The notes: generated by a model not told the origin, from the sequence alone. A stretch of 64,000 nt of DNA from an uncultured Acinetobacter sp. (GCA_964579445.1 CAZOGM010000004.1:15079-79078), one strand, 5' to 3'; positions 49,885 to 60,984 are shown, counted from the first letter of the stretch. A program made the numbers and translations.

Positions 49885-50693
49885 TAGGATTTTTTCTTAA
49901 ATAAATAGAGTTGGAACTGGGCTTTAAGTTCGAAATTTCCCTTTGCCTCTAAAGCGGCTCTCAGTTCCGCTTTGGCTTTGTAAGCATAAGGCGTCATGGC
50001 AATCAGATTTTTTAAATCTTGCTGCTTTAAGCACATAGGTGCATCAACCACAAGATCCCGTATCAATTCAAAATTTGCAGTTAATTGCTCCACAAATTTA
50101 TTTGGCTCATGCGGATTTACTTCTTCAAATAAGGCTTCTCGCATGGCATATAAATGTTCTGTAGCTGGGGTTACGACCAGCAAATAACCCTCATTCTTTA
50201 AAACGCGTAAAATTTCTTGTTCTGGAATCGGGCTAAATAAACTGCTACATAAGTCAACAGACTGATCAAGTACTGGCAGTATTGCCCCCGTCCCGACGAC
50301 CCAAGTCACGTCTTTATTGAGTTTTGCCGCAACTTGTACTGCATTTTTGGCAATATCCACACCCACGCAGTTTAGAACTTCTGCCTGCATTGCATCTGTG
50401 TAATAGCCTTCTCCGCAGCCAATATCAATTAGGTTTTCTACACCTAAGTCACGAATCAATTTCACAACGGCATGTTGTAATGGTGCATAAAAGCCTGCAC
50501 TTAAAAATGCACGGCGTGCTTGCACCGACTCTGGTGTATCGCCGGGATTTTTACTGTGTTTATGCTGTACCACATGCAAATTGACATAGCCTTGCTTTGC
50601 GACATCATAACTATGATTGCTGGCACAGCGCCACGTTCGTTCTGCAAGCACCAATGCCTTGCGACAAACAGGACACATCAACAGATTCATCAT
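49884..50693 (-). CDS. rlmA: 23S rRNA (guanine-745-N1) methyltransferase
   Basis: Zn-finger CPVC...C..NH, YDVAKQGYVNL, DIGCGEGYY and MTPY motifs; SD GGAGA before ATG 50693. Confidence 0.92.
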   Translation of the reverse strand: MMNLLMCPVCRKALVLAERTWRCASNHSYDVAKQGYVNLHVVQHKHSKNPGDTPESVQARRAFLSAGFYAPLQHAVVKLIRDLGVENLIDIGCGEGYYTDAMQAEVLNCVGVDIAKNAVQVAAKLNKDVTWVVGTGAILPVLDQSVDLCSSLFSPIPEQEILRVLKNEGYLLVVTPATEHLYAMREALFEEVNPHEPNKFVEQLTANFELIRDLVVDAPMCLKQQDLKNLIAMTPYAYKAKAELRAALEAKGNFELKAQFQLYLFKKKS

Positions 50694-50716
50694 TTTCTCC
50701 AAAGCTTACAGCCATT

Positions 50717-50742
50717 AAAAAAGCCGGCAAATGCCGACTTTT
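50717..50742 (-). terminator. Intrinsic terminator after mraY
   Basis: Minus strand reads AAGTCGGCA-TT-TGCCGGCTT-TTTT. Confidence 0.6.
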
Positions 50743-50757
50743 CAGATTCATTTTTGC

Positions 50758-51876
50758 TTAACGCAATTTTAAAGTCATTAGACCCAAAACTACCAGCATA
50801 ATTGTGATAATCCAAAAACGAATCACCACCTGTGTTTCACGCCAACCTTTTTTCTCATAATGATGATGTAAAGGCGCCATAAGGAACACACGTTTATTAC
50901 GCATACGCAGTGAACCAATTTGTAAAAATACCGATACGGCTTCAACCACAAATACACCCGCCATAATCGCAAATACGATTTCTTGACGTACCATGACAGC
51001 AATTGTACCCAGCATCGCACCCAGTGATAACGCACCGACATCACCCATGAAAATTTGCGCAGGATGAGCGTTGTACCAAAGAAAGGCCAAGCCTGCACCA
51101 ATCATTGCGGCACAGATGACCACCAATTCAGAAGAATATTTCACGTATGGAATATGCAAATAGTTAGCGAAACGTACATCTCCCGCCAAATAAGCAAATA
51201 CACCCAAACCTGTAGCCACCAGTACAACCGGCATAATGGCTAGACCATCTAGACCATCGGTTAAGTTTACGGCGTTTGATGCACCATTAATCACCAAGTA
51301 AGTAAAGATAATAAAGCCAATACCCAGCGGAATCGCAGACAACGGCACTGATAAATCTTTAAAGAATGGAATCAGTAAATCCAGCATATTTGCCGTATGG
51401 ATCGGATTGGTTTGTTGTGTTGCAATCACATACAACGCAATACCCGCACCAAGTGATGCAACAGACGTCCAAAAGAACTTCTTACGCGCAGGTAAACCTG
51501 CGTTGTCTTTATAACGGATTTTAATCCAGTCATCCGCCCAACCCACAGCACCAAACACCACCATCACACCCAGTACAATCCAAACATAAGGGTTAGATAA
51601 ATCTGCCCAAAGTAAGGTAGAAATACCAATGGAAAGCAAAATGAGTAAGCCCCCCATGGTTGGTGTACCCATTTTTTTGGCATGGTTTTCAGGCGCAAAA
51701 GAACTCACAGCTTGGCCATATTTGAGCGCTTGTAACTTTCGAATCATCACTGGGCCAAGAACCAAACCAATGGTCAATGCCGTTAAGACACTAAGCAAAG
51801 CGCGCAATGTTAAATAACGAACAACATTAAACGAGCTGTTATAGCCCGCCAATTGTTCAAATAACCATAACAGCAT
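50758..51876 (-). CDS. mraY: Phospho-N-acetylmuramoyl-pentapeptide transferase
   Basis: [30 protein letters not shown] and MAPLHHHYE. Confidence 0.98.
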   Translation of the reverse strand: MLLWLFEQLAGYNSSFNVVRYLTLRALLSVLTALTIGLVLGPVMIRKLQALKYGQAVSSFAPENHAKKMGTPTMGGLLILLSIGISTLLWADLSNPYVWIVLGVMVVFGAVGWADDWIKIRYKDNAGLPARKKFFWTSVASLGAGIALYVIATQQTNPIHTANMLDLLIPFFKDLSVPLSAIPLGIGFIIFTYLVINGASNAVNLTDGLDGLAIMPVVLVATGLGVFAYLAGDVRFANYLHIPYVKYSSELVVICAAMIGAGLAFLWYNAHPAQIFMGDVGALSLGAMLGTIAVMVRQEIVFAIMAGVFVVEAVSVFLQIGSLRMRNKRVFLMAPLHHHYEKKGWRETQVVIRFWIITIMLVVLGLMTLKLR

Positions 51877-53286
51877 TTAGAGTTTCTCCATCAAATCTGC
51901 CATCAACGTTTCCATATGGGTATAACGTGAGCCTTTAAACAAAAAACTCATTGTCTGAGGTTGATGTGTTTCGACTAGACTAATTAAAAAAGGAAGTGCT
52001 TGTTCTTGCGTCAGAAAAGCCTGTAATTTTTTGCCATATTGGGTACTGCGAGCACCCTCTTGAGTTGCCGGTGCAAACTCACCAATGGCCACAATAAAGT
52101 TTAAACCTTTAATCGAAACCAAATCGCGCCCCAGCATATAATGTTGCTGTGCAGCCGTTGTGCCTAACTCACCAATATCACCAATGACCATAACCCGTAC
52201 ACCGTCTTGCTGTGCAAGGACTTCACCTGCTGCACGCATCGAGGTTGGATTGGCATTGTAAGTATCATCAATAAACAAATACTGATCATGCTGAATAAAG
52301 TTTAAACGACCTTTAGCGCCTTCGGCATGTTCCAAACCTTGTACGATATCATCTAAATCTACACCCAATGCCAAAGCAAATGCACAAGCTGCGGTCGCAT
52401 TTGAGACATTATGCGCCCCCGCAAAGGGTAAATTGACCTGACGAGTTCCTTTTGGCGTATTCAGTATAAATTGCGCAGATTGTGCTAACAGCTTAACTTC
52501 AGTTGCAAAGATATCACCACCCTGACCAAAACTTAAGCGCCGCTCACTTTTGACAGCTTGCCCAATGGCATCCACAAAATCATCTTCAGCAGGAATAATC
52601 GCGGTACCTGATGGAGCGATATGCGCGTAAATTTCAGATTTCGCACGGCAAATACCATCACGCCCACCAAATTCGCCCAAGTGTGCTGTACCAATATTAA
52701 TAATGCCTGCGACATGCGGCTGAACCAGCTGAGAGGTGTAATCGATTTCACCCTGATGACTTGCACCGAGTTCCATGACCGCATATTGATGCTCGCCACG
52801 TAGCTCGAGCAGCATCATGGGTACACCCAAATCATTGTTTAAATTACCACGCGTAATGAGCGTTGGTGCTAAGCGCGATAAAATACTACCGAGCATTTCT
52901 TTGGTGGTGGTCTTGCCACTACTACCCGTTAACGCAATCACTTTTAATTGTGAGTTTTCAGCACGGCGATAAGCCCCTAAATGACCTAATGCCAAACGCG
53001 TATCAGCAACCACCAGTTGGTAAATATCAGCATCCATAGCTTGGCTCACAATCGCGATTTCACAGCCATTTTTCGCAACGTGTGTAATGAAATCATGTGC
53101 ATCAAAACGCTCGCCTTTCAACGCCAGAAAGGCATCGCCTGCTTCAGCATGACGTGAATCTGTCAAAATACGTTTAATCGCTGTATTCGGTGCTTTGTCT
53201 TGGTACCAATACCCTTGAGTAGCTTGCTGCAACTGTTCAGCTGTCCAAGGTTCTAAAACAGAAGTACTTGTAGTTGAGGTATGCAT
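51877..53286 (-). CDS. murF: UDP-N-acetylmuramoyl-tripeptide--D-Ala-D-Ala ligase
   Basis: ALTGSSGKTTTKEM, NLNNDLGVP and DDTYNANP. Confidence 0.97.
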   Translation of the reverse strand: MHTSTTSTSVLEPWTAEQLQQATQGYWYQDKAPNTAIKRILTDSRHAEAGDAFLALKGERFDAHDFITHVAKNGCEIAIVSQAMDADIYQLVVADTRLALGHLGAYRRAENSQLKVIALTGSSGKTTTKEMLGSILSRLAPTLITRGNLNNDLGVPMMLLELRGEHQYAVMELGASHQGEIDYTSQLVQPHVAGIINIGTAHLGEFGGRDGICRAKSEIYAHIAPSGTAIIPAEDDFVDAIGQAVKSERRLSFGQGGDIFATEVKLLAQSAQFILNTPKGTRQVNLPFAGAHNVSNATAACAFALALGVDLDDIVQGLEHAEGAKGRLNFIQHDQYLFIDDTYNANPTSMRAAGEVLAQQDGVRVMVIGDIGELGTTAAQQHYMLGRDLVSIKGLNFIVAIGEFAPATQEGARSTQYGKKLQAFLTQEQALPFLISLVETHQPQTMSFLFKGSRYTHMETLMADLMEKL

Positions 53287-53295
53287 AACGATTCC

Positions 53296-54792
53296 TTATG
53301 ACGCTGGGTAAGCGGATTCAACTGAACTGTGCATCGCATCAATCGCAGATTGCACTTCGACCACATCATCAAACCAGTGACGGACGCCATCAATCTCTTG
53401 ATAATTTTCATGCCCCTTGCCTGCAATGACCACGATATCTCCATCTTGAGCATGTTTTACAGCAAATTTAATCGCTTCACGGCGGTCATGAATTTCATGC
53501 ACGGTTTGCGTACCAAAATCCAAACCTGCTTTCATATCTGCAAAAATTTGCGCTGGATTTTCTGTGCGTGGGTTATCCGATGTCAGCAAAACAATATCCG
53601 AACCCTCCAATGCCGCTTGCGTCATTAAAGGACGCTTACCGCGATCGCGGTCACCGCCACAGCCAAATACCGCCCATAAATTTTGCGATACATGGCGTTT
53701 TAAGGTTTGCAAAACTTGAATCAATGCATCGGGTGTATGCGCATAATCAACCACGAATAAACGCGCATCATCTCGAATCACTTGCATACGACCCGGTGCA
53801 CCTTTTAACTGCGGTACGACTTCAATCAAATTTCTTAAATCAAAACCCACTTGCTCAGCAGCAATGAGGCTGGCAACGATATTTTCAATATTAAAATGAC
53901 CCAGTAATGGACTTTGAACCTTGAATTCGCCTTGGGCACTAACCAAAGTAAATTCAGCACCACTCAAACTATAAACAATATTCCGTACTTGATAATCTGC
54001 TGCATGCTGGGTTGAATAGCCCAGTATTTTTGGCTGAGATGGGTTCGCTTGAGCCGCCGCCAACATGACTGGAGCAAACTCATCATCCATATTAATAATC
54101 GCCACTTTTAAAGACTCAAATTGGAATAAGCGTGATTTCGCTTCCGCATAAGCCTCTAAAGTCCCATGATAATCCAAATGATCACGACTTAAATTTGAAT
54201 ACGCTGCAATTTCAATTGCAGAGCCATTTAAACGCCCCTGTTCTAAACCATGCGAGCTTGCTTCCAAAGCCACAAATTCAGCACCTTGGTTGGCATACTC
54301 ATGTAGTGCTGTTTGTAAATGTAGTGCATCCAGTGTGGTGTGTGATGACGCTTCGAGGTTTGGTAAAATACCGTTACCTGTGGTGCCCATCACTGCACAT
54401 TTTTTACCTTGCAGGGTCAAAAGTTCTGCAATCAAGCGTGAAATTGTGGTTTTACCATTGGTTCCCGTGACCGCCAGTATACGTGCGGGTCTATTCGGCT
54501 GAGTGGCTTGCAAATAGCGCTTTTGCCACTGACCCATTAAGTGTCTAACATTCGGTACAACCAGATTATTTTCCAGATGAAGATCCTGCTCTGAAATCAC
54601 AGCAATTGCGCCATTACTTAAAGCTCTTTGAGCAAATTCTAGAGTTTTTTCAGGCTGTGAAAAACTATTCAGGGCAATAAATATTTGCCCTGAACTGACT
54701 TTACGACTATCCAGATGAAAGCCCTGAAAGGATGTCTTCATCCAATCAGCAGCAGTTTGGGCGGTGTAGAGATCTTCAAATGTAATGGACAT
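53296..54792 (-). CDS. murE: UDP-N-acetylmuramoyl-L-alanyl-D-glutamate--2,6-diaminopimelate ligase
   Basis: VTGTNGKTT, VDYAHTPDA, GCGGDRDRGKR, DNPR and AGKGHE. Confidence 0.97.
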   Translation of the reverse strand: MSITFEDLYTAQTAADWMKTSFQGFHLDSRKVSSGQIFIALNSFSQPEKTLEFAQRALSNGAIAVISEQDLHLENNLVVPNVRHLMGQWQKRYLQATQPNRPARILAVTGTNGKTTISRLIAELLTLQGKKCAVMGTTGNGILPNLEASSHTTLDALHLQTALHEYANQGAEFVALEASSHGLEQGRLNGSAIEIAAYSNLSRDHLDYHGTLEAYAEAKSRLFQFESLKVAIINMDDEFAPVMLAAAQANPSQPKILGYSTQHAADYQVRNIVYSLSGAEFTLVSAQGEFKVQSPLLGHFNIENIVASLIAAEQVGFDLRNLIEVVPQLKGAPGRMQVIRDDARLFVVDYAHTPDALIQVLQTLKRHVSQNLWAVFGCGGDRDRGKRPLMTQAALEGSDIVLLTSDNPRTENPAQIFADMKAGLDFGTQTVHEIHDRREAIKFAVKHAQDGDIVVIAGKGHENYQEIDGVRHWFDDVVEVQSAIDAMHSSVESAYPAS

Positions 54793-54803
54793 TTATCACC
54801 TAT

Positions 54804-56630
54804 TTACTGGATTTTAGGGGTATCTAAGGGCTTGTCTAAAGGCACGTTCATTAGACGTAACGATTCTTGAATAACACGTGAGAATACAGGTGCAGATACT
54901 GTACCACCGTAATACGTTCCTTTTGGATTTTCCACAACAACGACCATCGCCAAACGTGGATCACTGACGGGTGCTACACCTGCAAATAATGCACGATATT
55001 CGTTGGTGGAATAGCCTTTTCGGTCTGCACGCAATTTATGTGCTGTCCCTGTTTTACCAGCAACGCGATAACCTGGAATGGTGGCGCGGGTTGCTGTACC
55101 TCCAGGTAAAGTGGCGGTTTCCATCATTAACATCACTTGATCCGCAATTTTGGGATCAATCATTTGTTCACCTTTCGGCTCTCCTTCGAGCTTATATAAA
55201 CTTAAGGGAACTTTAACGCCTTTATTGGCCAGCATTGCATATGCATCTGCCATTTGAAGTACCGTCGCATTCAAACCATAACCATATGCCATGGTCGCAA
55301 CTTCAGAGACATTCCATTTGCTGGGTGGCAAAATCAAACCTGGACTTTCGCCCGGAAATTTCACAGCAGAACGCTGCCCAAAACCTAAACGCTTGTAAAA
55401 TGTCGGTAAGGTTGGATAAGGCAGAGACAAGGCAATTTTCGCTACACCCACGTTGGATGATTTTTGAATAATACCGCCCAGCGTTAATGCGCCATAGTTA
55501 TGTGTATCACGAATGGTATGATTACCCACGCGCATAGAACCTGGTGTGGTGTTGACGACTGAATTTGCCGTATATTTACCACTTTCTAAGGCCATCGCAA
55601 CCGTTAAAGGCTTCATGGTCGAACCTGGCTCGAATGAATCAATAGCACCACGGTTACGCATAGCATCCTTATTAGATAAGCTATTTTTATCATTGGGGTT
55701 ATAAGACGGCCAACTGGTCATCGCCAAGATTTCACCGGTCTTTACATCTACCGCAATAGCCGTGGCAGATCGTGCATTATTGGCAACGCCTACCGCAGTT
55801 AATTCGCGGTACATAATATATTGCAAACGCGAGTCGATACTTAAGGTAATGTTTTCACCCGCTTCGACTTCTTTAATCACTTCAGGCGTTTGAACACGAT
55901 TACCATGTTTATCACGCACAATCTTTTGTTCGCCATCCACACCCGCCAAGCGCTTATTGAGCTGCATTTCTAGGCCTTCAATACCTGTACCTTCGGTATT
56001 GGTTAAACCAATAATTTGTGAATTGGCTTGGGGCTGTGGGTAGTAGCGTTTATAAGATTTTTCAGCATATACGCCCGCAAAGTTACGTTTCACCAAAAGG
56101 TCTGCTTGTGGTGGTGGCACTTCCTTTTTCAGCACGACATAACGCGAACGTGCGCGCTCCTTCACTCGGCGTTTTAATTCTTCACGCTCAATGCCGACAG
56201 CATCTGCCAATTCATCTAAATTCAAATTTTCTTTTGGCAGTTGGTTTTTCAATTTGGTGCTGTTTGGACTGTCTTTTAATTTGGCCTTTACTTCATCAAA
56301 AGTTTGTTTGGTTTCATAATAATTTTGCGGGTCAATCACCACTTTCATAATCGGGGTGCTGATGGCCAAAGGGACACCATTGCGATCACTGATCACACCG
56401 CGCATCGCCTTCATTTTTTCTGTTCTTAAAATTTTGGCATTGGCTTTATTTTGCAAAAAGTCTTTATTGACCACTTGCACATAAAAGGCACGAAAAACCA
56501 ATAAGATGAAGCAAAGAATAATCACGCCCCACATCAAATAAAAGCGCCACATATCGACAGCAATACTGGGTTTTTCTGAGATTGACCGTTGTTTTCTACG
56601 AGGTTGCTTGGTTTTACTTTTATCTACCAT
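54804..56630 (-). CDS. ftsI: Peptidoglycan D,D-transpeptidase PBP3
   Basis: STMK, SSN and KTGT active-site motifs; N-terminal TM helix; RG.I.DRNG..LA motif. Confidence 0.97.
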   Translation of the reverse strand: MVDKSKTKQPRRKQRSISEKPSIAVDMWRFYLMWGVIILCFILLVFRAFYVQVVNKDFLQNKANAKILRTEKMKAMRGVISDRNGVPLAISTPIMKVVIDPQNYYETKQTFDEVKAKLKDSPNSTKLKNQLPKENLNLDELADAVGIEREELKRRVKERARSRYVVLKKEVPPPQADLLVKRNFAGVYAEKSYKRYYPQPQANSQIIGLTNTEGTGIEGLEMQLNKRLAGVDGEQKIVRDKHGNRVQTPEVIKEVEAGENITLSIDSRLQYIMYRELTAVGVANNARSATAIAVDVKTGEILAMTSWPSYNPNDKNSLSNKDAMRNRGAIDSFEPGSTMKPLTVAMALESGKYTANSVVNTTPGSMRVGNHTIRDTHNYGALTLGGIIQKSSNVGVAKIALSLPYPTLPTFYKRLGFGQRSAVKFPGESPGLILPPSKWNVSEVATMAYGYGLNATVLQMADAYAMLANKGVKVPLSLYKLEGEPKGEQMIDPKIADQVMLMMETATLPGGTATRATIPGYRVAGKTGTAHKLRADRKGYSTNEYRALFAGVAPVSDPRLAMVVVVENPKGTYYGGTVSAPVFSRVIQESLRLMNVPLDKPLDTPKIQ

Positions 56631-56639
56631 TCAGCGTGC

Positions 56640-56975
56640 CTATTTTTTTTGCTCAGGTTCTGTGGGTAAAGAAATCACGACGGTTTGTGCAGTCGGCGGT
56701 GAATACATTCTTAACTGTGTTACAGCACGTGTTCCAATCTGCGCAGTTGCGCCAAAGGTTTGCTGTTCAATCAGCAAACGCCCCCACTCTGCATTAATAT
56801 CTTCTCGGTCACGCATATGTGTATTAAATTCACGAAAATCATGACGATACAAATACACCTGATACACCACCATAAAAGCGCTGATTAACACCAGCGCCGT
56901 TAAAATGGTATAGACCAATAGTTTCTTTCGCCCCAAGTGCTGAGGTGTTTTTTGTTCTACAGTTTCCGACTTCAT
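56640..56975 (-). CDS. ftsL: Cell division protein FtsL
   Basis: Single TM helix plus coiled coil (EWGRLLIEQQTF); between rsmH and ftsI. Confidence 0.9.
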   Translation of the reverse strand: MKSETVEQKTPQHLGRKKLLVYTILTALVLISAFMVVYQVYLYRHDFREFNTHMRDREDINAEWGRLLIEQQTFGATAQIGTRAVTQLRMYSPPTAQTVVISLPTEPEQKK

Positions 56976-57898
56976 TCTTCGCCTTTTTTATTGAAGCGCT
57001 CTGCTACACGTAACCAAGCACTACGTGAGCGCGGGTTTTGTTTCACCTCGGCTTCACTTGCACGCACACGGTCAATTTTTTTAAGTCTACGCTTATCTTC
57101 TATTTTCTGTGGCATTCCCCAACCTGTATCTTCAGGGAATGTCGCTTCTTTTTGAATAAACTGTTTAATAATACGATCTTCCAAAGAATGGAAGCTAATG
57201 ACTGCTAAACGACCATCCGATTTTAACAGCTCAAGCGCTTGCGGTAAAAACGCATGAACATCATCTAATTCTTTATTAATTTCAATACGTATTGCTTGAA
57301 AAGTACGTGTTGCTGCATGTTTGTTTTTTTCCCATTTCGGATGCGCCACTTTCACAATTTCAGCCAATTGCGCGGTGGTGTCAATTTGACCCGCAGCCTT
57401 AATCGCTTTAGCAATACGACGGCTATAACGCTCTTCGCCATACTGGTAAATAACGTTAGCGAGATGTTCTTCATCCACACTGAGAAGCCACTCTGCTGCG
57501 GTTGGTCCTTGCGAATTATCCATACGCATATCCAAAGGACCATCTTTCATAAAGCTAAAACCACGCTCAGCTTGATCAAGCTGAGGAGATGACACGCCTA
57601 AATCCGCCATAATACCATCAACTTCTTCAATACCACGTTGATTTAATTCTTGTTTAATATCTGCAAAACTGGCATGAATAATTTTAAAGCGTGGATCTTC
57701 TTGCTCTAACTCAGCCGCAACAGCCAAAGCTTGTGGATCTTTATCAAAGCCATAAACACGTGCATTTTCATCTAATTTCGATAACAACAAACGAGTGTGC
57801 CCACCTCGTCCAAATGTGCCATCGACATAAATTCCTGTATTGCGATCCGCCACTAGAGCATCAACAGTTTCATGAAGTAATACAGAAATATGCGACAT
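56972..57898 (-). CDS. rsmH: 16S rRNA m4C1402 methyltransferase
   Basis: HISVLL, DGTFGRGGH, DLGVSSPQLD, ISFHSLEDR and NPRSRSA. Confidence 0.98.
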   Translation of the reverse strand: MSHISVLLHETVDALVADRNTGIYVDGTFGRGGHTRLLLSKLDENARVYGFDKDPQALAVAAELEQEDPRFKIIHASFADIKQELNQRGIEEVDGIMADLGVSSPQLDQAERGFSFMKDGPLDMRMDNSQGPTAAEWLLSVDEEHLANVIYQYGEERYSRRIAKAIKAAGQIDTTAQLAEIVKVAHPKWEKNKHAATRTFQAIRIEINKELDDVHAFLPQALELLKSDGRLAVISFHSLEDRIIKQFIQKEATFPEDTGWGMPQKIEDKRRLKKIDRVRASEAEVKQNPRSRSAWLRVAERFNKKGEE

Positions 57899-58029
57899 AA
57901 TTATTTAATCAAAATCAGGGAAAATTTAACTGCACATTATTACCTTGTTTTAGCAAAGCTCCAAACGACTTTTTGTACGGAAATATTACTTTTCATAGGC
58001 AAAACCGTTCCTAATGCATCGTTTATGTA

Positions 58030-58060
58030 ATAAAAAAGCCTCAAAATGAGGCTTTTTTAT
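58030..58060 (-). terminator. Intrinsic terminator after sulfate-binding protein gene
   Basis: ATAAAAAAGCCTCA-AAA-TGAGGCTTTTTTAT perfect inverted repeat. Confidence 0.9.
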
Positions 58061-58083
58061 ATAAATTCAATAACTTATATTAA

Positions 58084-59103
58084 TTAACGACGATTGTTAT
58101 AGATCTGATCAAAGATTGCACCATTCACAAAATGTGTCTGCTGTGCCTTAGACCAACCCCCAAAAACCTCATCAATAGTAAACGTTTTAAGTTTTGGAAA
58201 TTGTGCAGCATATTTTTTCAATACTTGCGCATTGCGTGGACGGTAGAAATGCTTTGCTGCCATTTCCTGACCCAGCGGCGAGTAAAGATAATTGATATAG
58301 CCTGTTGCCAACCATTTGTTGCCATTCTTTTCAACAGTCTTATCGACAATTGCTACCGACGGCTCAGTCAAAATCGACATCGAAGGATAAACGATTTCAA
58401 AGTCTTTTTTGCCCAAAACTTTTTGTGTCACTAGCGCTTCGTTTTCCCAAGTCAATAGCACATCACCAATTCCACGTTCAGCAAATGTGGTCATCGATGC
58501 ACGCGCAGCCGAGTCCATTACTTTAACATTTCGGTACATCTTACCGACGAAATCTTTGGCTTTGGCTTCATTCCCAGTAGGCTGTTTCAGCGCATAACCC
58601 CAAGCAGACAAATATACCCAGCGTGGTAAACCACCTGTTTTTGGGTTAGGCGTGATAATTTCAACACCAGGCTTAGTCAAATCCGACCAATCTTTAATTT
58701 TTTTCGGGTTACCTTTACGCACCATAAATACAATGGTTGATGTATAAGGTGCTGAGTTATTTGGAAACTCTTTTTGCCATCCCGCATTAATCTGACCCGA
58801 CTTTACAATTTCTTCAATATCATTGGCCAATGCTAAAGTGACAACATCCCCTTTTAGGCCATCGACCACGGATCGTGCTTGCTTGCCCGAGCCACCATGT
58901 GATTGTTTAAAATGTACCGATTTACCCGTACGACTTGTCCAATATTGACCAAAAGATTTATTAAATTCGTCATAAAATTCACGTGTTGCATCATATGAGA
59001 CATTTAAAAATTCTTTGTCTGCGGCTTGGGCTACAGGAACAACTGCGGTTAGACCCACCACCAAAGACATAGTGGTGATGAGGGTTTTTATATGGGATTT
59101 CAT
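58084..59103 (-). CDS. Sulfate/thiosulfate ABC transporter substrate-binding protein (Sbp/CysP family), copy 1
   Basis: Signal peptide; LNVSYDATRE, QSHGGSGKQAR, PNPKTGG and GDVLLTWENEA. Confidence 0.93.
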   Translation of the reverse strand: MKSHIKTLITTMSLVVGLTAVVPVAQAADKEFLNVSYDATREFYDEFNKSFGQYWTSRTGKSVHFKQSHGGSGKQARSVVDGLKGDVVTLALANDIEEIVKSGQINAGWQKEFPNNSAPYTSTIVFMVRKGNPKKIKDWSDLTKPGVEIITPNPKTGGLPRWVYLSAWGYALKQPTGNEAKAKDFVGKMYRNVKVMDSAARASMTTFAERGIGDVLLTWENEALVTQKVLGKKDFEIVYPSMSILTEPSVAIVDKTVEKNGNKWLATGYINYLYSPLGQEMAAKHFYRPRNAQVLKKYAAQFPKLKTFTIDEVFGGWSKAQQTHFVNGAIFDQIYNNRR

Positions 59104-59239
59104 AGCTGCTCAATTTTAGTTTGATCTATATTGTATTCAATATATGAAATTCCCCTATAAACCGCAATTCTAATAATTAAGTCCATTCAATACACAACAC
59201 CGACCTAGATTCGTGTCTCTTCCTAATTTCTAAGCATAA

Positions 59240-59275
59240 AAAAAGGATCTCATACACTTATGAAATCCTTTTAGA
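59240..59275 (-). terminator. Probable intrinsic terminator after Sbp copy 2
   Basis: Imperfect stem AAAAGGAT-(C)TCAT...ATGA-(A)ATCCTTTT with a U-run on the minus strand. Confidence 0.5.
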
Positions 59276-59302
59276 TTCAGCTTAAGTGATCACACCTATG
59301 CT

Positions 59303-60301
59303 TTATTTTTCAGCTGAAATTTGGTCATAGATCGCACCATTGGCAAAATGTGTTTTCTGGGCTTTGGCCCAACCGCCAAAGACTTTATCAATGGTAAATG
59401 TATTTTGCTTTGGAAATTTATGACTATATTTTGCCGCCACTTGTGCATTACGTGGACGGAAATTATATTTGGCCGCAAGCTCCTGCCCTTGTGGTGAATA
59501 TAGATAATTCAAATAGCCTTTTGCCAAATTACGGTTGCCATTTTTATCGACGGTTTTATCAACTATCGCAACAGATGGTTCAGCCAAAATTGAAATAGAC
59601 GGATAAACAATGTCATATTTGTCCTTACCTAAACCTTGGGTCGCAAGTAATGCCTCATTCTCCCAAGACAACAGTACATCGCCTATGCCACGCTCAGCAA
59701 ACGTTGTCAGTGAGCCACGCGCACCTGAATCGAGCACTTTGACATTTTTATACAGCTTTTTCACCAGCTCTCTTGCTTTGGCATCGTTGCCACCAGGCTG
59801 TTTCAGCGCATATCCCCATGCAGATAAATAAATCCAGCGCGGCGCACCCCCTGTTTTTGGATTTGGCGTAATAATTTCGACACCTGATTTGGTTAAATCA
59901 TTCCAATCTTTAATATTTTTGGGATTGCCCTTTTTGACCAGAAAAACAATGGTCGAAGTATAAGGTGCCGAATTATTCGGAAATTCTTTTTGCCAATTTT
60001 TATCAATTAAGCCCGCATTCACAATTTCATCAATATCATTGGCCAAAGCCAATGTCACCACATCTGCCTCTAAGCCTGTTGCCACTGCCCGCGCTTGTTT
60101 ACCTGATCCCCCATGAGACTGTTTAAAATCAATCTCTTGACCCGTACCTTTCTTCCAAAATTCACCAAATTTGGTGTTGTATTCTTGATAAAATTCACGC
60201 GTAGGGTCATAAGATACGTTTAAAAATGACTTGTCTGCATAAGTGTGTACACTGCTTAAAGTCGCCAATGCGATTAAACTGCTCAATATCATTTTTTTCA
60301 T
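59303..60301 (-). CDS. sbp: Sulfate ABC transporter substrate-binding protein (Sbp family), copy 2
   Basis: Signal peptide; LNVSYDPTRE, QSHGGSGKQAR, DSGARGS and GDVLLSWENEA. Confidence 0.93.
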   Translation of the reverse strand: MKKMILSSLIALATLSSVHTYADKSFLNVSYDPTREFYQEYNTKFGEFWKKGTGQEIDFKQSHGGSGKQARAVATGLEADVVTLALANDIDEIVNAGLIDKNWQKEFPNNSAPYTSTIVFLVKKGNPKNIKDWNDLTKSGVEIITPNPKTGGAPRWIYLSAWGYALKQPGGNDAKARELVKKLYKNVKVLDSGARGSLTTFAERGIGDVLLSWENEALLATQGLGKDKYDIVYPSISILAEPSVAIVDKTVDKNGNRNLAKGYLNYLYSPQGQELAAKYNFRPRNAQVAAKYSHKFPKQNTFTIDKVFGGWAKAQKTHFANGAIYDQISAEK

Positions 60302-60678
60302 GTGATGCTCTTATTTTTGGTAATGAATGGCTGTACTTTATTTTTATTTTTTTGATTAAACAATCATCAGGTTATAACCATTTTGCATGATTTAATCTCT
60401 TTATTGCATATGCTTAAATATGAAAAATTTAGCTCTAATTTTGCTAAACTATTCACCACTTGGCTTCAGGTAGTAGAAATCTTCATATTGTCTTCATCAT
60501 TATTTGGTAAAAATACAAAAGTTTGACCAAAATCAGCCAAATCAAAACATTTTTTTGATTTAAATCACATTATTTTGTAAATAAGTGTGATGTATTTGTG
60601 TTTTTTGTGAAAATTACGGTTAAAATGTAAACCAAGATCTATATCTTTTACAAAAATACCAATGAGGGGAAAATTGGA

Positions 60679-60984
60679 ATGAAAACATCTTTATATCAAA
60701 CCATTTGTTTTAGCCTGCTTCTAGGCTTAGCTGCGCAAACAACTCAGGCAGCCGTATTACAAAAAACCAGTAAAACTGTTCAAGTCCCATTATCGATTGA
60801 GAAAAATCAGTCACCTATTGAAAAAGCACTGTCCCAACATAAACGTGAACGCAGTGACAATAAACTTTTGGCAGAAAAAGAGCAGATGAAAGTGATTACC
60901 TCTATTTCAGTTGCGCCAACTCAAAACTTTTTTGCTGCTCAAAATCAGCGTTTTTCTCGGTTTGTTCAAGCGATTTTTTTATAG
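60679..60984 (+). CDS. Small secreted hypothetical protein
   Basis: SD GAGGGG upstream; Sec-type signal peptide ending AQTTQA-A; amphipathic C-terminus FSRFVQAIFL. Confidence 0.7.
   Translation: MKTSLYQTICFSLLLGLAAQTTQAAVLQKTSKTVQVPLSIEKNQSPIEKALSQHKRERSDNKLLAEKEQMKVITSISVAPTQNFFAAQNQRFSRFVQAIFL

Noticed and set aside
50758-57898. Truncated dcw cluster (no mraZ; no murD/ftsW after mraY)
   Set aside because: A split dcw cluster is the usual arrangement in Acinetobacter as I recall it, so it is not a lesion.
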